Shown piece after piece: positions 1-6,233 of a stretch of DNA of 50,637 bases; the stretch's first letter is position 1, and each line of letters starts with the position of its first letter. A model generated the notes under the pieces. That model was not told the origin of the DNA and ran no database searches. It was given only the letters and a program-made list of their open reading frames with translations. This DNA comes from a virus. Taxonomy: Duplodnaviria; Caudoviricetes. A program made the position numbers and the translations under genes. The stretch is from the IMG/VR virus record IMGVR_UViG_3300036815_000220, positions 1-50,637 of that record, one strand, 5' to 3'.

Positions 1-15
1 GTCCTTGTCCGGGAG
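1..15 (+). tRNA. possible 3' end of a tRNA truncated by the window edge
   Basis: gtccttgtccgggag resembles a T-arm end plus acceptor 3' strand, and the array continues immediately after. Confidence 0.3.
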
Positions 16-25
16 CTTTACCTGT

Positions 26-99
26 GCCCCTGTAGCTCAGTCGGCGAGAGCGCGCCCCTCGTAAGGGTGAGGTCAACGGTTCGATTCCGTTCCGGGGCT
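26..99 (+). tRNA. tRNA-Thr(CGT)
   Basis: cloverleaf; anticodon arm cgccc-ctCGTaa-gggtg; T loop ttcgatt. Confidence 0.92.
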
Positions 100-116
100 C
101 GTAGCAAACCACCGAA

Positions 117-251
117 GACGGCCTCGGTCCCGCTCGCGGGATACCAGCCGAATTGCATTTGCGTCCGGGTAGCGGAGGGTGGAAACGTCCGGCGGTAGAA
201 GGGAGCGGGTACGGGAGGAGGCTCCCCTTGACGGCTAGGGATGAGGCCGTC
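117..251 (+). ncRNA. structured spacer RNA candidate
   Basis: gacggcctc(117-125)/gaggccgtc(243-251) closing stem; inner agccg/cggct and gggagc/gctccc stems. Confidence 0.45.
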
Positions 252-257
252 ATCAAT

Positions 258-342
258 GTCCGAGTGCCGGAATCAGGCAGACGGGCCAGCTTGAGGTGCT
301 GGTGCCCCTCGGGGCGTGCGGGTTCGATTCCCGCCTTGGACA
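258..342 (+). tRNA. tRNA-Leu(GAG)
   Basis: gtccgag/cttggac acceptor; ccagc-ttGAGgt-gctgg; long variable arm. Confidence 0.93.
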
Positions 343-463
343 CGGGCAGGGTAAGCCGGGCGAAACGTAGATGATCCCGGTTGAGCTTGGGGACAGGCAG
401 ACGATCTTGAACTGCGGTTTCTAGTCGCCCTGGAGCGGGAGGGTACCCCGCATCTACCTGGAG

Positions 464-799
464 GTGATGGCCGTGGCCGCACCGAGCCATGAGCCGGTCG
501 TCGTCTACTTCGACGAGGACCACGTTGAGACGCCCGCAGAAGTCTGCGGCGCGTGCTCCGACTGGAAGGCCGGGGTCTGGGTCCCGGCGTCGTTCTGCCC
601 GCAGGCGCGGGCACTTCTCGCCGCCTTAGCTCAGCAGGCAGAGCAAGCCCCTTGTATGGGCAAGGTCGTCGGTTCGAAGCCGGCAGGCGGCTCTCCGGGA
701 TCGTCTAATGGCAGGACGCGGTATTTTGGGTGCCGCTATGTTGGTTCGACCCCAGCTCCCGGAGCTTTAATCACATGCCCCCTTAGCTCAGTCGGTTAG
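464..799 (+). CDS. small hypothetical CxxC protein; frame runs on through downstream tRNAs
   Basis: ggagg RBS before GTG/ATG; coding-like codons for the first ~50 codons; CGAC..C motif. Confidence 0.4.
   Translation: MMAVAAPSHEPVVVYFDEDHVETPAEVCGACSDWKAGVWVPASFCPQARALLAALAQQAEQAPCMGKVVGSKPAGGSPGSSNGRTRYFGCRYVGSTPAPGALITCPLSSVG
620..692 (+). tRNA. tRNA-Thr(TGT)
   Basis: gccgcct/aggcggc; gccc-ctTGTat-gggc. Confidence 0.9.
694..764 (+). tRNA. tRNA-Gln(TTG)
   Basis: tccggga/tcccgga; cggta-ttTTGgg-tgccg; G73. Confidence 0.9.
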
Positions 800-850
800 A
801 GCACTTCCTCGGTAAGGAAGAGGTCTTCGGTTCGATTCCGAAACGGGGCT
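777..850 (+). tRNA. tRNA-Thr(GGT), C33
   Basis: cttcc-tcGGTaa-ggaag; standard D and T arms. Confidence 0.9.
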
Positions 851-922
851 CGGGGACTCACTCCCCACGGCGATCACTGCCGTGGCATTTTGAGCACCGC
901 CCGGTGCAAAACCGGGCATCAT

Positions 923-994
923 GCGGATGTAGCGCAGTGGTAGCGCGACACCTTGCCAAGGTGTAGGTCGCGGGTTCGATCCCCGTTATCCGCT
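923..994 (+). tRNA. tRNA-Gly(GCC)
   Basis: gcggatg/tatccgc; acacc-ttGCCaa-ggtgt. Confidence 0.95.
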
Positions 995-1093
995 CTATGG
1001 GAACTACCGCGACTCTGCTGGGCCACAAGCCCCGGTCATGGCACAGAGATCCCCCTGGCGGCGGACGCGCCCGACGGGGAGTTCCCAGACAAT

Positions 1094-1168
1094 GCGGTTG
1101 TAGTTCAGAGGCAGAACGTCAGCTTCCCAGGCTGGATGTCGCGGGTTCAATTCCCGCCAGCCGCTCCA
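1094..1168 (+). tRNA. tRNA-Gly(CCC)
   Basis: tcagc-ttCCCag-gctgg; encoded CCA. Confidence 0.95.
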
Positions 1169-1169
1169 T

Positions 1170-1246
1170 GTCCATGTAGCCCAACGGTAGGAGGCACGAG
1201 GTTCAGACCCTCGGCAGTGTGGGTTCGAATCCCACTGTGGACACCA
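1170..1246 (+). tRNA. tRNA-Leu(CAG) with short variable region
   Basis: cgagg-ttCAGac-cctcg; 5-nt variable region; encoded CCA. Confidence 0.88.
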
Positions 1247-1345
1247 CGGGATGCGAGTGCTGCGGCATCCCGGCGACCCCGGTCCAGATCCAGGACAATG
1301 CCGGGGCGCGACTACCCCAAGCCTGGACCCGGGGGAGCAGCACAC

Positions 1346-1433
1346 GGAGCGTTGGCACGAGTCAGGCTGATGGCACCGCGTTGCTAGCGCGGCAGGGGTA
1401 ACTCCCTCGCGGGTTCGAATCCCGCACGCTCCT
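1346..1433 (+). tRNA. tRNA-Ser(GCT)
   Basis: ggagcgt/acgctcc; ccgcg-ttGCTag-cgcgg; long variable arm. Confidence 0.9.
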
Positions 1434-1489
1434 CTCGGGTCCCGGCAGGCTCCCATGGTGGGTACACCGGAAGCCGGGACCGGCAACTT

Positions 1490-1572
1490 GGAGAGGTCGC
1501 CTAGTGGTCTATGGCGCTGTCCTGGAACGGCAGTTGGGTCCGCCCTCGCGAGTTCGAATCTCGCTCTCTCCG
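1490..1572 (+). tRNA. tRNA-Ser(GGA)
   Basis: ctgtc-ctGGAac-ggcag; long variable arm; G73. Confidence 0.93.
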
Positions 1573-1574
1573 CT

Positions 1575-1652
1575 TTTCAGGTAGCCCAACGGCGTAGAGG
1601 CGGTCTCTGACGAGAGGTGACAGTGCCGGTTCGAGTCCGGCCCTGAAAGCCA
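1575..1652 (+). tRNA. atypical tRNA-like RNA with non-canonical anticodon arm
   Basis: perfect tttcagg/cctgaaa acceptor, D arm, T arm and GCCA end, but anticodon arm gtctc-tgacga-gaggt has a 6-nt loop. Confidence 0.7.
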
Positions 1653-1653
1653 C

Positions 1654-1740
1654 GGTGGGGTCGCATAGCCCGGCCGATTGCGCCCGCCTCGAAAGCGGGT
1701 AGGTGTAACAGCCTCGTGGGTTCGAATCCCACCTCCACCG
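1654..1740 (+). tRNA. tRNA-Ser(CGA)
   Basis: cccgc-ctCGAaa-gcggg; long variable arm. Confidence 0.93.
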
Positions 1741-1794
1741 CCTGCCGCTAGACTCGGTGTTGCTACAGGGAAACCAGCTAAGACGGAGGACCCA

Positions 1795-2487
1795 GTGACC
1801 CAGCCCGGCTACCGGCACCGCATCCTGGTCATTGACCGCTCGGGCTCGATCGAGAGCATCCTGGCCGGCCAGCAGAGCGGCCTGGAGGAGTTCCTCAAGA
1901 GCGAGCGCGGGCTCGACGGCAAGCTGACCGTCTCCCTGTGGGACTTCGACACCGAGATCAGGTGCATGTACTCGTTCGCTCCGGCCGACGAAGCGCTCAC
2001 CTACCAGATCGTGCCGCGCGGCGGCACCGCGATGAACGACGCGATCGGCGACGCGGTGGAGGAAGAGGGGCGCAAGCTCGTGCTGATGCCCGAGGACGAG
2101 CGCCCCGAGGACGTCACGGTGGTGATCGCCTCCGACGGGCTGGAGAACAGCTCCCAGCGCCGCAGCGGTCCGCAGGTCAAGGCGATGCTCGACCACCAGC
2201 AGCAGGCGTACGGGTGGCGGATCGTCTACATGGGAACCAACCAGGACGCCTTCCGGGAGGCCGCGAAGATCGGTGTCACCATGGACATGGCCGTGAACTA
2301 CACGGCCAGCAACACGGGATCGGCGAACTCGTGGGCGGCGGCGTCTAACTACCTGAGCAGGGTCCCGGTTGCTTCCGCCGCTCCCTCGGGGCAGGGATCT
2401 GGCTTCAACGAGGAAGAGCGGGCACTCGCCGAGTCGGACGAGCCCCGGGTCAGAATGAAGGCCGGACCGAAGCACAAGCTGCCTTAG
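1795..2487 (+). CDS. vWA (von Willebrand A) domain protein
   Basis: ILVIDRSGS MIDAS motif, PRGGTAMNDAIG, VVIASDGLENSS; ggagg RBS before GTG 1795. Confidence 0.88.
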   Translation: MTQPGYRHRILVIDRSGSIESILAGQQSGLEEFLKSERGLDGKLTVSLWDFDTEIRCMYSFAPADEALTYQIVPRGGTAMNDAIGDAVEEEGRKLVLMPEDERPEDVTVVIASDGLENSSQRRSGPQVKAMLDHQQQAYGWRIVYMGTNQDAFREAAKIGVTMDMAVNYTASNTGSANSWAAASNYLSRVPVASAAPSGQGSGFNEEERALAESDEPRVRMKAGPKHKLP

Positions 2488-2494
2488 CAGGCAC

Positions 2495-2577
2495 GGCGGG
2501 GTCGCACAGCGGCCTAGTGCAGCCGCCTTGAAAGCGGCCGGGGGCGACCCCCGTGGGTTCGAATCCCACCCCCGCTG
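2495..2577 (+). tRNA. tRNA-Ser(TGA)
   Basis: gccgc-ctTGAaa-gcggc; long variable arm. Confidence 0.93.
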
Positions 2578-2578
2578 C

Positions 2579-2749
2579 CTAGTTCCTCCAGTTGACCGAG
2601 GGCCACGCCGCTCCCGAGAGGGAGAGCAGCGCCAGCCCGATGGCGATGATCCCCACGATCACCGTGAGGGTGATCCCGGGGACGCCGACGATCGCGATGA
2701 TCGCGGCGACCAGGAAGGCGATGAACGCCAGAATTGACCACATGGTCAT
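2579..2749 (-). CDS. 56-aa two-helix membrane protein (below the ORF-track cutoff)
   Basis: translated by hand: MTMWSILAFIAFLVAAIIAIVGVPGITLTVIVGIIAIGLALLSLSGAAWPSVNWRN; high GC3; fills the gap between two tRNAs. Confidence 0.75.
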   Translation of the reverse strand: MTMWSILAFIAFLVAAIIAIVGVPGITLTVIVGIIAIGLALLSLSGAAWPSVNWRN

Positions 2750-2800
2750 GCAGCTTCCCCAGGTTGACCTGCGGTAACACGGTCAACAAGGGACGAACGA

Positions 2801-2874
2801 GGGCATGTAGCTCAGTCGGTTAGAGCACTTCCCTGATAAGGAAGGGGTCAGAGGTTCAATTCCTCTCCTGCCCA
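2801..2874 (+). tRNA. tRNA-Ile(GAT)
   Basis: cttcc-ctGATaa-ggaag. Confidence 0.94.
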
Positions 2875-2938
2875 CGTGCGGTGATCATCCTAGCCAGGAC
2901 GCCCCGGCGACACGGCTGTACCGGGCACCGCGCACCTT

Positions 2939-3011
2939 GGCGATATAGCTCAGCAGGGAGAGCGCCCGACTCATGATCGGGTGGTCGGCGGTTCGATCCC
3001 GTCTATCGCTA
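2939..3011 (+). tRNA. tRNA-Met(CAT) elongator (or Ile2)
   Basis: cccga-ctCATga-tcggg; paired 1-72. Confidence 0.9.
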
Positions 3012-3012
3012 C

Positions 3013-3088
3013 CGGGGCGTATCCCCTCCGTCTTATAAACGGCTGAAAGGGTAGCCGGTACACGCGGGTTCAATCCCCGCCGCCCCTA
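3013..3088 (+). tRNA. atypical tRNA-like RNA, UAU anticodon, no conventional D arm
   Basis: ggggcg/cgcccc acceptor; ccgt-ctTATaa-acgg; 21-nt insert; T arm gcggg-ttcaatc-cccgc; A73. Confidence 0.75.
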
Positions 3089-3089
3089 C

Positions 3090-3165
3090 GGGCCGCTGGC
3101 TCAACTGGCAGAGCAGCGGGCTTTTACCCCGATGGTTCAGGGTTCGAATCCCTGGCGGCCCACCA
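3090..3165 (+). tRNA. tRNA-Lys(TTT)
   Basis: cggg-ctTTTac-cccg; encoded CCA. Confidence 0.93.
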
Positions 3166-3166
3166 A

Positions 3167-3240
3167 GCGCCATTAGCATCAACGGATAGAGCGGCTTCCT
3201 TCTAAGAAGACGGATGGGGGTTCGAGTCCCTCATGGCGCA
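3167..3240 (+). tRNA. tRNA-Arg(TCT)
   Basis: gcgccat/atggcgc; cttc-ctTCTaa-gaag. Confidence 0.88.
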
Positions 3241-3322
3241 CGTGAACGGCTCCGGCACGAAAACAGGAGCCCCGTGGGGAGCGCGCCCCCTCACCCGGCG
3301 GTCGGTTAAGCCGTGCGGATCT

Positions 3323-3394
3323 GGTCCTATCGTTCAGCGGCTAGGACGTCTGCCCCTCAAGCAGATGACGCGGGTTCGATTCCCGCTGGGACCA
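3323..3394 (+). tRNA. tRNA-Glu(CTC), C33
   Basis: tctgc-ccCTCaa-gcaga. Confidence 0.9.
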
Positions 3395-3483
3395 CGCAGT
3401 CCGGGTACCTCGTCAGCAGGTCGCAAGCCCGGGACTTCACGGATGCTGACCTCTGCGCGCGGGAGCGCATGCCTCCCGCACCT

Positions 3484-3558
3484 GCCCCCATCGTCTATGG
3501 GTTAGGATCGGAGGTTTTCACCCTCCGGAACGGGGTTCGAATCCCCGTGGGGGAGCCA
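3484..3558 (+). tRNA. tRNA-Glu(TTC)
   Basis: ggagg-ttTTCac-cctcc; encoded CCA. Confidence 0.9.
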
Positions 3559-3774
3559 GGACTGGCACCGCGCGCTCGAAGATCGCGAAGCGGCCCGAGG
3601 GGGCCGCGAGCGGAGCGCCCGCGCCCGAGTGGGTACCAGGCGGCGATCGTCGCCTAATCCAGTGCCCCCCTTGCCGGAGAGGGATGCGGAAGACCCCGTT
3701 CAGGGGAACAACGGCCGCGAGCACATACGGTCGTCGCGAAGTCCGGCGTGCCAGTTCATCTTCCCGGGTTATCC
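3559..3774 (+). ncRNA. ~215-nt multi-stem RNA candidate
   Basis: ggactggcac(3559-3568)/gtgccagttc(3748-3757) closing stem, several inner hairpins, possible pseudoknot ggaaga/tcttcc. Confidence 0.5.
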
Positions 3775-3785
3775 TGAGAGTACGA

Positions 3786-3860
3786 CGCGGAGTGGGGGAG
3801 TTCGGTGTCCCCGCTGGGCTCATAACCCAGAGAACGCAGGTTCAAATCCTGCCTCCGCTA
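3786..3860 (+). tRNA. tRNA-fMet(CAT)
   Basis: C1:U72 mismatch; ctggg-ctCATaa-cccag with three G-C pairs. Confidence 0.93.
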
Positions 3861-4036
3861 CGGGAAAGACAGTGGTAGCGCCTTACGCCCGGGTGTAAGG
3901 ACCTACTGGCTACCGCTGGCCGTGGTTACGGCTTGTCCCGGCCGTTTCCCGCAGGGGCAAGGTCCGGACCCGGACAGGCCATCCGGGTAAATTTCGAGCA
4001 GTTCCCTCGCGCTGCGGGACCGGAAGCGAGGGTCAT

Positions 4037-4109
4037 TCCGGTGTGGCGCAATCGGTAGCGCGGCTCCCTGTTAAGGAGAAGATTCCAGGTTCGAGTCCTG
4101 GTACCGGAG
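4037..4109 (+). tRNA. tRNA-Asn(GTT)
   Basis: tccggtg/taccgga; ctcc-ctGTTaa-ggag. Confidence 0.93.
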
Positions 4110-4161
4110 CAAGGCGGAGGAGCAGGGGCCGGTACGTGCCCCGCACTCCCGAGCCTTCCAT

Positions 4162-4236
4162 GGTCTTGTAGGGGAGCCAGGAGTCCCCGCCATCCTGTCA
4201 AGATGGAGATCGCGGGTTCGAAGCCCGTCAGGACCG
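4162..4236 (+). tRNA. tRNA-Asp(GTC)
   Basis: ccatc-ctGTCaa-gatgg; G73. Confidence 0.93.
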
Positions 4237-4390
4237 CTGGGAGGAAGGCCATTACCGGGCGGTACCAGAAGAGCCTGCCGCGAGCCCGGCGGCAGGACGC
4301 CTCCTCCCTCTACCGCAGCGACTCCCCGGGTACGTACCCGGGGCTCGCATCCTTCGGGACGGACCTGAGACTGAACAGGCTGCGGTATCT

Positions 4391-4464
4391 GGTCGTGTAG
4401 CTCAGTCTGGGAGAGCACCTGCCTGACACGCAGGGGGCCGGCGGTTCAAACCCGTCTGCGACCA
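4391..4464 (+). tRNA. tRNA-Val(GAC)
   Basis: cctgc-ctGACac-gcagg. Confidence 0.93.
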
Positions 4465-4468
4465 CGGG

Positions 4469-4548
4469 CGAGCAGTGGCGGAATTGGAATACGTTGGCGC
4501 GCGGGATGCCAGCCCACGCAATTGCAGGTTCAAGTCCTGCCTGCTCTT
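4469..4548 (+). tRNA. atypical tRNA-like RNA (Leu-type D arm, ambiguous anticodon domain)
   Basis: gagcag/ctgctc acceptor; gcggaattggaatacgt D arm; gcagg-ttcaagt-cctgc T arm; central region does not fold canonically. Confidence 0.65.
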
Positions 4549-4591
4549 TACGGTCCCCGGGGGCACCTGGGGACCGGCCCAATTTAACTAT

Positions 4592-4664
4592 GCGCGCGTG
4601 GCCCAACGGATAGGGCAGCGGTCTACGGAACCGAAGATTGGGGGTTCAAGTCCCTCCGTGCGCA
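4592..4664 (+). tRNA. tRNA-Arg(ACG)
   Basis: cggt-ctACGga-accg. Confidence 0.93.
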
Positions 4665-4784
4665 CGATCCCCCAGGGATGAATCCATGGTCATCCTGCCC
4701 GGCTCCAGAGGCCTCTGGCGCGTACGGGCGCTGGCGCACGAGTAGCTATGCAAAAGGAGCGCCAGGTTCCTGGGGGATTGACAC

Positions 4785-4856
4785 GGGCGTTTAGCTCAGT
4801 GGAAGAGCGCTGCGCTCACACCGCAGTTGTCGGGTGTTCGATCCACCCATCGCCCA
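4785..4856 (+). tRNA. tRNA-Val(CAC)
   Basis: ctgcg-ctCACac-cgcag. Confidence 0.92.
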
Positions 4857-4858
4857 CC

Positions 4859-4931
4859 GGGTCGTGATCCAAGTGGCTGAGGAAGCGGTTTGTGAAGCCG
4901 TTACTGACGGGTTCGAATCCCGTACGACCCT
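4859..4931 (+). tRNA. tRNA-His(GTG) lacking the G-1/C73 signature
   Basis: gggtcgt/acgaccc; gcggt-ttGTGaa-gccgt; base -1 is C and base 73 is T. Confidence 0.85.
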
Positions 4932-5031
4932 CGACGGCTCGGTCCCGTAGTCGGACGGTATGCCGGTTCAGGTCCTGGATAACCGATCGTAATGCCAGGA
5001 AACCAGCCGGAGAAACCACGGGACAAATCAC

Positions 5032-5112
5032 GGCGGAGTGACCCGAGATGGCATGGGAGCGGCCTGTAAAGCCGCTGCTTCGGCACGGCTGGTTCGATTC
5101 CAGCGTCCGTCA
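5032..5112 (+). tRNA. tRNA-Tyr(GTA)
   Basis: gcggc-ctGTAaa-gccgc; variable arm tgc-ttcg-gca. Confidence 0.92.
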
Positions 5113-5126
5113 CGCACGAAATTCAA

Positions 5127-5200
5127 GGTCTCATAGCTCAGTGGATAGAGCACCGCCCTCCGGAGGCGGGCTGGCGGGGGTTCGAGTCCCTCTGAGACCA
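5127..5200 (+). tRNA. tRNA-Arg(CCG)
   Basis: ggtctca/tgagacc; ccgcc-ctCCGga-ggcgg. Confidence 0.93.
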
Positions 5201-5362
5201 CGCGAGTCTGTTGTAAGCGGCCCGATCCGGCCAGCCCGTGCGCACGGGCGAAGCCGGGGTGATGGCCGCACCCTGAAGGGCGGGGAACCATGGATAACCG
5301 CGCCCTGACAGCATCCCCCGGTTCCACCCGGGGCGGTCCTGGCGAGAATCCGGGGGCTCGCG
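5201..5362 (+). ncRNA. ~160-nt multibranch RNA candidate
   Basis: cgcgagtc/ggctcgcg closing stem; nested gcggcc/ggccgc, ccggc/gccgg and gcccgtgcgcacgggc stems. Confidence 0.45.
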
Positions 5363-5367
5363 CCAAT

Positions 5368-5441
5368 GACGGGGTGGCCGAGAGGCGAGGCCCTGGACTG
5401 CAACTCCAGTCACGCCGGTTCGAATCCGGTCTCCGTCTCCA
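5368..5441 (+). tRNA. tRNA-Cys(GCA)
   Basis: ctgga-ctGCAac-tccag; U73; encoded CCA. Confidence 0.94.
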
Positions 5442-5442
5442 T

Positions 5443-5515
5443 GACCCGGTAGCTCAGTGGACAGAGATGCCGCCCCCTAAGCGGATGGTCGGAGGTTCGA
5501 TTCCTCCTCGGGTCG
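5443..5515 (+). tRNA. tRNA-Arg(CCT), C33
   Basis: ccgc-ccCCTaa-gcgg. Confidence 0.88.
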
Positions 5516-5825
5516 CTGCGTGTTCCGCTGCTGAGTTCCTGAGCAGGTCAGTGATCGCCTTCAGTGCCAGCTCCGAGGCAGCCGCGCCGCTTTCCGTCAG
5601 CCGCCAGTACCTCCGGGCCGGCCGGCCCGCAGCAGACGGATCGATCTTCTCCTTCTCCCCGGTCGCCCATCCTGCCCTCGCGAGCCTGGAAAGCATCGGG
5701 TACAGGGTGCCGCCCTTCAGGCCGGTGCGGTCCGTCAGCTCCATGCCGTACACGGGCTCCTGCCCCGCGTCCAGCAGGCAGCGCAGCACCACGGCGGTGC
5801 GCAGGGTGATCCTCACTTGCTCCAT
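5454..5825 (-). CDS. PadR-family winged-helix transcriptional regulator
   Basis: YGMEL..TGLKGGTLYPMLSRLARAGW..GRPARRYWRLTESG; TACAAT 6 nt before ATG 5825 (leaderless). Confidence 0.88.
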   Translation of the reverse strand: MEQVRITLRTAVVLRCLLDAGQEPVYGMELTDRTGLKGGTLYPMLSRLARAGWATGEKEKIDPSAAGRPARRYWRLTESGAAASELALKAITDLLRNSAAEHAATRGGIEPPTIRLGGGISVH

Positions 5826-5872
5826 ACCCCCATTGTAGATAACCGGCATAAGAGGGCATCCCGGGAAGGGTC

Positions 5873-6205
5873 ATGACCACGCCGATCCCGCCGGATACCG
5901 TCGCCGCAGGGCAGACCGGGCACCTGTCCGCCCACAACGCCATCAGCGACGTCCTGACGCAGCACCAGGCGCAGCTCTCCAGCATCCCCAGCCTGAAGCA
6001 GGGCACCGCCGTGCTCGTGGCCGGGACCGTGAACGTCAGCTTGGCCTCGACTGGCGTCTCCACCGTCGTGCTCGTCTCCCGCCTTGTCCCTGGCGGTGCG
6101 CTCGGCTCGCTGTCGGTGCCCGTAGTCACGGTGGGCAGCGGGTTCACGATCAGCTCCAGCTCCAGCAGCGAGACCTCCTCCGTCGCCTGGCTCGCCATCG
6201 GCTAG
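5873..6205 (+). CDS. small putative virion protein
   Basis: S/T/V/G-rich beta-type sequence; high GC3. Confidence 0.65.
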   Translation: MTTPIPPDTVAAGQTGHLSAHNAISDVLTQHQAQLSSIPSLKQGTAVLVAGTVNVSLASTGVSTVVLVSRLVPGGALGSLSVPVVTVGSGFTISSSSSSETSSVAWLAIG

Positions 6206-6233
6206 CGGCCACGGAAGGTACAGGAGGAGATCA

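Noticed and set aside
851-920. T-arm-like hairpin gcccggtgcaaaaccgggc as a degenerate tRNA
   Set aside because: No acceptor stem or anticodon arm could be built; only three short hairpins.
1247-1343. Theta/HDV-like ribozyme call
   Set aside because: No P3/L3 element lies between the P2 and P1 3' strands; kept only as a generic pseudoknot.
2495-2577. tRNA with TGA triplet as a possible suppressor or Sec tRNA
   Set aside because: Anticodon UGA reads the Ser codon UCA; no CTA, TTA or TCA anticodon was seen in the array.
153-5450. Many short ORFs across the tRNA array
   Set aside because: They are translations of tRNA genes and spacers; only 464-799, 1795-2487 and 2579-2749 look coding.
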